DNA of 61,657 bases, counting the filler, from Dugesia japonica (lineage: Eukaryota): assembly GCA_001938525.1 (NCBI GenBank). It is 5 parts of 5 records of this genome, joined end to end, with 100 filler letters (N's around TTAATTAATTAA, not from the genome) between each part and the next. Parts side by side here need not be neighbours in the genome. Positions count along the whole stretch, not along the records: positions 44,076 to 53,101 come from MQRL01588937.1; positions 53,202 to 61,657 come from MQRL01590763.1; 3 more parts are not named here. One strand, written 5' to 3'. Below the pieces are notes generated by a model. The model was not told the origin of the DNA and ran no database searches. It worked only from the letters and a program-made list of their open reading frames with translations. Each line of letters begins with the position of its first letter. The first letter of the stretch is position 1. Positions 51,400 through 61,657 of this stretch are shown here, one piece after another. The translations under genes were made by a program, and so were the position numbers.

Positions 51400-52760
51400 G
51401 TTTATATGCCTCTGTGGGTCACCATCCCAATAACAGTACAGAGCATGTGATACGGTTTAGTTTTCTTCATTTGGGGCACGACATTTTTAATGCTTTCTCA
51501 AATATTTCACTTTTGTAGCCAAACCATTTACTTTCAACTTGTGTATAAAATACCATTTTTCTACCATTAATCATTTTTCTTTCAATATCATCTTATTCAA
51601 TTTGATGTTTATTGCGATGTTGTCAGCTGGTAATCCTTGATGCTTTGAGCCTTTTCAATTTTCAAAATAATCAATTTTTAAAAGCTTATGTAAATATTGA
51701 TATATTTAGTTCAAATTCATCCCAGAAATCTGAAGCTGATTCTCATATATGTTTGATCTNATTTTGCTTCATCCGTCAGAGCGTGTATTTAAGGTTGTTC
51801 CTCTTTTCTAACTAATAGAAACGTTTTGTTGTTTCCACCACCAGCTGTTTCTATTAATATTATTGAAATCTGTTATTTTTTCTATTGCTATATTAAAATC
51901 TAGATATATTGTAACTTTGCATAATTTTTCTCTAGCAAGATTTCTTAGGTTGATATCTTTATAATTTATCAGATTATAGAAGAAGATAAGTGATTGTAAG
52001 TAATATTTATCCAATTGCTCGATCAATTCTCAACCACTTAATTTTGAAGCCGTATAAATTTAATTTTTGTACTACTGGCTGAATTTCTGAAGTGCTGCCT
52101 ATGTTTTCCTTCGTGTAGAGTCTACTTGAAAGTTGTTTAAATATTTAAAAACAAGTTTTTTAAATTTTGAATAAGACCAATTTACTATGAAAGTATGTTT
52201 TATACGTATTTATTTATTGTCATTGATTTAACAAGCTTTTGCTAATTTCTAACACTATAAAGTGTTTCTTTTACATGTATTTTTGATTTTCTATGAACTA
52301 TTCTAAACATGACACAGTACATTTCGATTGAGTTAGATTTAATAGATTGCGTTGAAGTCATAAGACCATATGTGATGAGAATTCTGCTATAATTGGGAAT
52401 TTTTATGTAATTGGTAATGTATTGGACTTTAACCTTCCAAAGATTTTTTATTTACTTCATGCTCCAAAGTTCCTTTTTTGCCTTATTGTCTTTTGTCTAC
52501 ATACGATTTCGTTTACTTGATGCATCTTATGTTCAATATTTGTTTCATTATTTATTTGTATTATTTTAAATATAATTCTGATGCATTTAATTAATGTAAA
52601 TTATGATTTCTAATAAAATGGCTCTTTTACTATTTTTCTTTGTTATCAATGTTATCAACTTTTCTTTTTTTTAATCATTATTATTTCAAGCTTCTTTGCG
52701 TTGACTCCATTTTTCAATAATTTTCAATTTGCTTTTTATTTGATGGAATCCAAAACAAAT
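51400..52760 (-). mobile_element. Non-LTR retrotransposon remnant (linker and RT N-terminus)
   Basis: KAQSIKDYQL...KWFGYK resembles the YRPISL...QxGF region. Heavily decayed; a related piece may lie at ~10990-11300. Confidence 0.4.
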
Positions 52761-53320
52761 TGAGAATACTGAAAAGGGAAATTGTCAAACTTAAAACGGA
52801 TATGATAGTAGCCAGCACACATGCAGTACTCCCCGGATTAGCGATGAAACGAAACTTAATACTAATACATAAGATTAATTTCATCGGTGAAATTCTAGCG
52901 CTTCAATCTGTGCACACTTGATGAAGCATTGGACTGGCTCTCCATCGACACCACCAATCTCAAGTGTTGGTGGTCAAAGGTCCATGACGCAATCGCCTAT
53001 CTTCAAAAGATGGTTCACTTGCAGGTGAAGTTCAAGCGCAATGAGCTTGGAATTTGCATGCAAGTGATTGATTGCGCCGATGAAGGAAACTATTTGATTT
53101 CNNNNNNNNNNNNNNNNNNNNNNNNNNNNNNNNNNNNNNNNNNNNTTAATTAATTAANNNNNNNNNNNNNNNNNNNNNNNNNNNNNNNNNNNNNNNNNNN
53201 NCTAAATCTTTATTGAATGTTTATAATTAATTTGATTTATTAGAGAGATTGCATAATTGTTTACATAATCAGAATGTTTTGTTTGTTTAAATAAAGAATT
53301 TTCAAAAAAAGAATGATTAT

Positions 53321-53363
53321 TGTATCCGAAGATGATAGTTATGCTGTCGAAACATGTAATGCA
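53321..53363 (+). ncRNA. Type I hammerhead ribozyme with a core mutation (CCGAAGA), probable PLE 3' end
   Basis: TGTAT-CCGAAGA-T-GATAG ttatg CTGTC-GAAA-CATG-TA^-ATGCA, followed by (TA)n(TG)n. Confidence 0.6.
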
Positions 53364-53428
53364 GAAATATATATTGAAATGGTGTTTAAAAATTTTTATT
53401 AAAAGATTGCCATTTTTCTTTGATTATT

Positions 53429-53472
<44 letters not shown>

Positions 53473-53593
53473 GTTTAATTGAAAAGCATGTTGTTTCTGA
53501 GACACTATTCTTGCTGCAACATTGTTGTTTCTTTGATTGTTTATAGTATTCTTCAAAGTAAACTTCTCTGTTGATAGTATTTTTATGATATGA

Positions 53594-56500
53594 TGTAAAG
53601 TTTAAGTGTTTAAATATTCAGATTTTGAAGAACATAATTTGAACCGGTTTTATTTGAGTAACAATAAGATAATATTGTTGTTTAAATATTCAGAAATTGT
53701 TTTATAATAAATATTTAAAAAGCGTATTATTATTTCATGTGTCAAGATGGTATTGTAACTGGCGAACACGTCGAAATCACAGTTCTCGCAAAGAGTCAGC
53801 AGCTGATTAAAATTGTAGAATCGTTGTCAAAGAATGTTCAAGAAACAATTTATTCAATAATAAAAAAGTTTTTTGGCTACTAAGAAGAAGATGCAAAAGA
53901 GTGGCTACAATNAATTGAAGATTTTGTAACCATAAATTCTTTAAATTTATCTGCAGCATTTGATTTATTGCTGCACGGTGACATAATTTCAAAACAAATG
54001 TGCTCCGGGAAAGTAAAGAAGTCAATCGCAATAAAACTAGATATGTCCTTGGAAAAAATTAAGAAATTTACGATAAATTTCGAAAGTTCAATGAGTATTG
54101 ATGAAGAGTCAGAAGTTATTGCAATTGGAGATAGCAAAAGAGAACATAGGCCGACNTACGCAGCAGTAACAGGTATTAAAAGGCTAATTAGACACAATAT
54201 ACTACAGGTAATCAAACCATTGGTAAATAATCAAGGGAGACAATATTCCAACTCAAATAGAGGACTGTATGATTTAGAGAGAAGACAACCTGTGGAGAGG
54301 TCGAAAGAATGCAATAAACCCTATAGACCTATGATGTCTTTGAAGCATATAGTAAGAAGAGTATATAACACAGTCAAAGGGTTACCTGAGTCCGAATTAC
54401 GACGACTTCAACCAAGGGAATGTTATTGTTGTGGTGAGTCTGGTCATGTCAGAAACAAGTGTCNATTGAATACGTGTTCTTTGATATGTGATAAGGACAA
54501 TCATATTTTTAATATTTGTAGCTTATTGCAAAATAACACGAGAAAGGTTCAGTGTATTCATGAAAAAAATAATTCAGACGATCTAGCATATATTTATGAC
54601 GATATGAAACATGATGAAAGCAGAGATTTCGAAAAGAAAGAGATTGAAGCTATTATATATGATCAAAACACAAATAGACAAGATCATAATTTAAACGACA
54701 GACTCTCCATGGCATACATTTTGTATGTGGAGTCGTTGAAATAAATGCTGCAAATGCAGGAAATCGAAATGCTATGATGCTCAAGAAGGCAGATGATAGA
54801 TGGTAGAGTTAAGTTGAATGTTGTGGAAAGATGAGATAGATTTTATGGAATATGGGCGCAGAAGTAACGGTGATGTCAGAAGATAAGTTGAGAATATGCG
54901 GAAATCATATCTTATGGCAATCAGACATATCTCTTAGAAAACCATTCGGTGCTAAAGCAATAACATGTTTATGAGAGTTTAAAGCCTTGGTTAGTTGGAA
55001 TGGAATGATTGGGAATATCCACAGTACGGTAGTTAAAGATATAAATCCAAAATTTGTTGGTGGTATGAATATTATTTCTGCTTTTGGATTGAAGCTTTTA
55101 TCAAGGGTTTCAATGAATTCGATAGATTCGGAAGTCTTAAGTTTCATATATCGGGATGAAGAAAGAGGACAAATAGCTTTGAATATTTTTGGATCCAATA
55201 ATTTGTCAAAGTGCACACAGTATTAAAATATGGTACTATTTTTATGGCATTGGATTTCGATTTAGGATGTACAAATCTGGTAACACATTGTAATAAAAAC
55301 GGTAGGGACTCCAATAATTCAAAATCCAAGANGAATGGCAATAGAATCTAAAGAGGATAATATGATCTCAAATTTGTTGAAAATAATTACGAAATGAAAC
55401 TCGTCACTTGTAGTTGTGGGAAAGAAGGACGGAACGATTAGGATGTGTCAGGACTATAGGAAGATTAATGAGGTTACAATGAAATTTAGTTTCCCCATGG
55501 CAGATCCGCAAACCATATTCGATGCGTTGGCAGGAGCTTTCATTTTTTCGTCATTAGATTTAGAAAAAGCTTATTATCAAGTATGCTTGGATGAATCGTT
55601 ACAATTGAAAACAGCATTTTCGTTAAAATGTGCCAGTTTTGCTATAACCGAATGCCAATCGGGTTTTCAATAGCCCCAGCGACTTTTTAAAGTCTCATGC
55701 ATGTATTATTCGAGAGTATCCTTTATAACAGAATCGCGGCGTATTAAGACGATGTCTTGGTTTACGGAACAACAGTGGCAGAACACGATAGAAAAAGAAA
55801 ATAAATTTACCGAATACAAAAAGCTGGATTAAGACTCAATCCAAATAATTGCAGTCTGTATTAAACTGAACTTAGTTTTTAGGTCATAAAATTTCAAAAG
55901 AGGAAATAAGTACTAATAATGGTATGAATAAGAAAATTGCTGAAGCGGAAATTCCAAGGTGCACCAAATCATTACTGTCATTTCTTTGCTTGGCAAATTA
56001 CTACCGTAAATTTGTTTTTAACTTTGCTCAAATTGCCCAATCGAATAAAGAGTGTCAAGAAAGTTTCCAGAAACTTAAACATTCTTTATCAAATACTCCA
56101 GTATTGGCATTCCCAAACAAATATGATTATTTTATTTTAGACACAAATGCATGTTTTAGCGGTATTGGTGCTGTTGTGAAAAGGTTAACGCATATGGATC
56201 GAGGCTTTTAAGTGCTCATGAGAAAGGTTATTGTGTGACACAGAAGGAGTTACTGGCTATATTTGAGTATGTGCTTTACTTCAAGCAATACTTATATGGT
56301 AAGAAATTAGATATAAGTACAAATCACAAAGCACTCAAAGTTTTGAAGTCCACAACAAAACCAATAAGTTAACAATTTCATGCATGATTTAGTGAATTAT
56401 CTGGCAATGATTTTGATCTGAAATATTGAAACGGTGAAAATCATAACAATGCAGAAGGATTATCTAGAATATTATTGAGCATTTGCTCTCAATGTCAAAT

Positions 56501-56785
56501 AAAACACGCAAAAGGAAAAGTAGAGAAGAGNNNNNNNNNNNNNNNNNNNNNNNNNNNNNNNNNNNNNNNNNNNNNNNNNNNNNNNNNNATGGATCATCAA
56601 GCCAAATAAGAGTATCTAGATGGAAGAAAATACAGAAGAATTGAATGACTGAAAGAGTACCTTAAATCTTAAAGAAAGAGAAAGTAAAAATAAGATAATA
56701 TTATTGTTTAAATATTCAGAAATTGTTTTATAATAAATATTTGAAAAGTGATTTATTATTTAATGTGTCAAGATGGTATTGTAAC
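53594..56785 (+). mobile_element. Gypsy LTR retrotransposon with paired LTRs, integrase largely deleted
   Basis: LTR match 53663-53759 vs 56689-56785. PBS TGGCGAACACG at 53760 and PPT at 56671-56684. Gag knuckle CYCCGESGHVRNKC; RT KKDGTIRMCQDYRKIN, LDLEKAYYQ; RNase H FILDTNACFSGIGAV. Confidence 0.92.
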
Positions 56786-56869
56786 TATTTGAATAAAAAT
56801 TACTTTAGTAATTTATGGTTAACATGGCGTTGGGAGCAGAATTTAGTATATTTTTTATCAAATTTATTC

Positions 56870-59800
56870 AACATGGTCCAGTAGCTGCAAAGTTTTTATA
56901 TTGCAGATGATGCTGCAAAACACCTTCATGAATTTAAGAACCACATTCTTAATTTAATTAAATATTTTATTAATTCCTTAGAGCAAGACTCTCAATATAA
57001 ATAATTTTCCTTACCAGATTACCAGAATGTTAAGGATGACTTTACTTTGCTAAGTAATAATTTTGTAGAATTATAGAAAGTTAAAGATTTGAGGATTTCT
57101 CCTATTACCGAACTTTTACAGATTGAGCAAAATGACCTCTCTTTAAGAGAATTCATTGCTGAACTGAGAGTTTATTTATTTAAAAGTCAACCAGAATTGA
57201 ACAGCGAGGACAGAAAAAAGATTATAATATTCGCTTTTTTATTTAGATTGGATGATAAAAAAGTGGCAGCAGCAGTTCAATTTCTTAATCCAGAATCATT
57301 TAAAGAGGCTTATAATTTTATAAAAAAAAGAAGTTAGAAACGAAAGTAAAATTAATCTCAGACAAGTTAAAACATTGCATGACTTATCAGACNAAGTACG
57401 CGCGGTAAAACAGAAAGTCACATAATTGGAACAAAATGATAGTCAGGATGTCTAGAGATATAAAGAACGGAATAAACAGATCTGTAGGGAATAACACAAT
57501 AATTACTAATGAAAGTAGGGATAGAAATATCCAAATTAAAGATATTAAATGCTTTAACTGTGACAGTTTTGGCTATTTTGTATGAGATTATAAATAACCA
57601 ATTGTGTCTAAGAAATGCAAAAAGGTTGGCCATTTAAATTGATTTTGCAGAACAAGAAATATGGAAAAAATCAGATATATTAATGTAAACGATAGTGAAA
57701 ATATGGAATTAGATGAAATCAAATCAACTTCAACGAGATCAAAAATATTCAATCATGCATTGAACGAAATAATTAAGAAAAACGCTAAACCAAAAAAGAT
57801 AATAAAAATAAATGTTATACAAAAGAAGTTATGAATTCAGATCAATACATCGACGGTCAAAGAGCCAAACCAAGGTTTAAAAATAAAGCAAAAACACTAA
57901 GTTTAGAGAATCACTCAGAATTCGCTCAAAATAAGCGATTGGACCAGGGGAGAATAAAACAAAAATGGGTTATGATACTAACAGACAGTTTGACAGAATC
58001 AAATGTAATGGATTATTATTTATTATGTGAATTGATAAAAAGTAACAAACGGATTAAATTTTTCAAAAGAACAGAAAAAATGTACTGTGCAAACGGATTG
58101 CCTACGAAAATCATGGGGGTAGCGAAAGTTGAACAAGTAATTAAAGAAAAAGAATTGACACTAGAATTTAAGGTAGTGGAAAACGTTTTCTCAAAGATTA
58201 TCATTATATATATATTATGTATATATTAGGAATCAAGCTAAACTATTTGTTTCAAAGGTTTGTGATAAAGGAGTGGAAAACCAAAACAAGCACCCATCTC
58301 AGGAGTCATGATTCAGGTTCTATAGAAAACGAGACTCAATGTTGCTTTTTATGCATCGTTTTAAACGAATCTGTAGTTTTAGAAAAGCATAAAGAATGTT
58401 TTGTACGTAGATCAGTTGACAGTGATGAATTCAAAATTAAGGAAGTAATCTTTGTAGTTTATAAAAATAAACTAGAAAATTTGTCAGCTAATTTGATTAA
58501 AAGATTAACATAAATATGCTAACAGATGCAACACGGATATTGTAAAAGACTAAAACATTACATTGTTACTAAAGAACAAGCACCGATTGCTGTTCTATCT
58601 AGTCGAATACCTATAAGACTTGAGGATAAAGTTGATAATTTAGTTGCAGATTTATTGAAAACGGAGATAATCCGGAAAAGTAAAAGCCCATGGAATGCAC
58701 CTTCAGTGGGTATCACTTAAGTAAATGGTGACATAAGATTATGTGTCGATTGCAGGAAGTTAAACTTAGTCATAATCAGACCAATATTTCTAATTTCAAA
58801 AGCTTTTCAGCCTTTTGATATACTGGATGGAGCAAAGATATTTAGCGTTTTAGACTTATTTAATGGGTATTATAATGTCGAAGTAAATAAGGTGGATAAA
58901 CGAAAAACTGCATTTTATACTAGGAAAGGGCAGTATAAATTTAATAGAATGCCATTTGGCCTGAGTTCAGCCCCAGAAAGATTTCGACAACTTATGCATC
59001 TGATATTGCAAAGTAAAAATTGAGAACAATGTCTTATTTATCTGGACGATGTTTTGATAATTGGAAACTCGTATGAACAACATCTCAGTCAATTGAAAGT
59101 AGTTTTAACTAGAATAGCAGAATTTAGAGTTAAATTAAAACTTGACAAATGTAATGTTGTACTTAAGGAGGTTTCATATCTGGGACATAGAATTACGGTA
59201 GAAGGTATAAAAACATATCTAATAAAGATAGAAAAGTTTGAAATTGGTCAAAACTAGTGTGTTACTCAGATCTACATTCATTTATAGTTTTTGAATTTAT
59301 TATAAAAAATTTATAAAAGATTTTGCGTATGTCGTTCAACCTTTAGAAATAATATTAAAACAAGAAAAACAAAAATTAAAGGTAAATACAGCAAAAAACA
59401 AATGATTTGGGATTTTGAAGGAAAGGATGCATTTAAAAAGATACAGGAACTTTTAACAACAGCCACAGTTTTAGCTTATTCTTTTAAAGAAATAATGTTC
59501 ATATTAGACGCATACGCTGGTCACAGTTATATTGTAGGTATCTTAAGCCAAGTTTAAAATGGAGATGTAAAAGTTATCGCATATACATCGATGAAGCTGA
59601 CAAATTTAGTATTGAAATATTGTGTTACTCATAAGGAATTGTCAGCTTTCTATGGTTTTGTGAAACAATTTAGGCATCATTTATTAGGGAGAAGTTTCAA
59701 AATAAGAACAGTATTTTACTTAGATCAGAGAATAAGAGGATTATGATTTTGATATTGAACACCGANCTCGCAGATTACACATAAACGTAGAATATATGAG

Positions 59801-60160
59801 CCAACTGGAATATTAACAATGTGAACTCAGAAATAATGAACCAAAACCAACGAAGAAATGTGAAACTGATCGAAAAAGAAAATGATGAGAAGTCAATTAT
59901 TCGAGCTTTAAAAAATGATTTCACGTTTTAAAGAAAAAATGAAATAATGGAATATTATCATAACATTAAGGGCCACCCAAGATTTATCAAGAGAAAGGAA
60001 TTAATTCAGACTTATTATGACTGAAGAATATGAGTAGAGAGATAAAAACCTTTATTGATAAGTATATGCAATGCATAAATCGAAAGAATGGAATAATTTC
60101 AATCTACATTCCTGAGAAACATTTTGTAGCTAATGAGGCATTTGAAAAATTATGCATATA
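56870..60160 (+). mobile_element. Second Gypsy LTR retrotransposon remnant (gag-PR-RT-RH-IN start)
   Basis: Gag 57089-57337; SKSPWNAP, IRLCVDCRKLN, LDLFNGYY, KFNRMPFGLSSAP, LIYLDDVLIIG, VSYLGHRI; RNase H FILDAYAG; HHCC remnant near 59955-60080. Confidence 0.9.
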
Positions 60161-61172
60161 ATCAAATCAAAAGAGCATTTTAATTTTGTATTTATACTAA
60201 ATGAATATTGAATGCAGAGTAAAAATAATCAACTCTAAAATTTAACTCTTAATTATGTTTTATTAATAAAATATTAAAAAAATTTTACTATAAAATTTAA
60301 TATTTCAAATTTTTACTGTGAGTATTTTTTGAAAAGCGAGTTGAAATCTGTGTGCTTTGGTTGGAAATTATTTGTGTAAAATATTTTTTTTAAAAAATTA
60401 AAAGTTGCCAATTAATTAAGAAATTAAAGTAATTTAATTTAATTTTTTGTACAAAAATTATGAATAGTTAAAGATTAATTTAAATATTTTTTTATAAAAT
60501 TTATTGTAGATGTTTTAGAAATTATAATTTTGCTGTAAAATCTTGGAAAAATTTCAAAATAATGTTTTAAAATTTAGGAAAGATTTTAAATGATATTTAA
60601 AAAACAAATGATCATTTTGTTAAAAAATTTTGTGAAAAATTTTAAAGGTTAGGTTAATAACAAATAATTATTGTAAAATTTTGGGAGAATTTTAAATGAG
60701 ATTTTGATAATAAATAATTGTTTTCTTAAAGTTTTCGAATTATTTTAAAATGAAAGTTTAATCTAAAATTTAAAATTTATTAAAATAATTTTTAATCAGA
60801 GCACGAAGGTTTAATTTGTTTGAATAAACAAATAATGATGGATATAGTTTTTTTTTGTGAATAAATTTTCTATGGAATTGTGTTTTGACATTAGTGATCC
60901 GATGAGTACTTTAAACTCATCGAACAATCAATAACAATATAACTGATATAATAATAACTAATATATATATATATAATTGATATAATTGATAAAAATTAAT
61001 TTAATAAAAAATAAAGATTTTTAAAAAATTTCAAATTAAAAGAAAAATTTCCTTATTATCACGTTTAAGTGATTATTTTAAATAAATCATGTAAATTAAC
61101 GAAAATACATTTCATATTTAAATATAAAATATTAGATTGCTGTACAAACTAATAAATGTAATTTTTCTACAG

Positions 61173-61296
61173 GTTGTGGACGCTGTTGTCATTGTAACAT
61201 CATTCGTAGCAGATATTATTATTGTCAATATTGGATCACAGGAAATATCAGTTATGATTATATTTTTACTTTGGCGAATAGTTCGCGTAATAAACG
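61173..61296 (+). CDS. HVCN1-like: Exon of a voltage-gated proton channel (Hv family), S3-S4 segment
   Basis: CTACAG acceptor and GTAAGT donor. VVDAVVIVTSFVADIIIVNIGSQEISVMIIFLLWRIVRVING aligns with human Hv1 ILDAVVVVVSFILDIV...LLILLRLWRVARIING. Confidence 0.85.
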
Positions 61297-61657
61297 GTAA
61301 GTTAAATTAAAATCAAAAATTTTTTAATTAAATATTAAACGTTAATTTTATTAAAATTACGAATGGAAAAATTAGAAGTAGAAAAAAAATTTAAAAATGA
61401 AAGAAAGTCCAATTGTAAAAACTATTAATTTTTACTTATATTTTAAAAATACATTTTTTCATGAATTTTTAAAATNTAAATTATTCAATATTATATTCGG
61501 ATCCCAAATTTATAATTGAGTGTCTCATGAATAATTTTTTACAAGCAATTATTAATATTAGACCATGATATTTGAGAATTTATAATAATTTATCATGAAG
61601 AAATGGAATAACTAAACTGAGACTTATTCTTTAGATTTTGGTGATATTTTTTATCAT

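Noticed and set aside
51612-51815. LVILDAL in the + ORF resembling Hv1 S1 (LVVLDAL)
   Set aside because: It is the antisense of a decayed non-LTR RT motif (KAQSIKDYQL), and the flanking residues do not fit S1.

Overview
Very AT-rich eukaryotic (animal-type) draft-assembly window with many N gaps, dominated by decayed transposons. It has small GT-AG introns (41 and 54 nt), (AAT)n microsatellites and interstitial TTAGGG. That profile suggests a triclad flatworm, but this is inference only. The standout is a decayed Maverick/Polinton-like element at ~9.5-17.05 kb. It has an intact right terminus (...CTACCTACT), a packaging ATPase, an rve integrase with chromodomain and a minor capsid (penton). 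Divergently from the ATPase it carries an intronless TATA-binding-protein (TBP)-like gene, and it also has an intact spliced orphan ORF with a canonical TATA box. No pPolB, major capsid or protease is visible. A second Maverick-type end lies at 23276. Other elements: Penelope-like retroelements with minimal type I hammerhead ribozymes, a short ribozyme-bearing fold-back repeat family, several Gypsy LTR remnants, many mariner remnants (one DD39D-like), a hAT/Buster element and a hAT MITE. Host exons include an S3-S4 exon of a voltage-gated proton channel (Hv) lacking the first S4 arginine, and two terminal exons encoding a domain resembling the C-terminal ASH domain of CEP192/SPD-2. All homology calls were made by eye from motifs, and TE boundaries are approximate.
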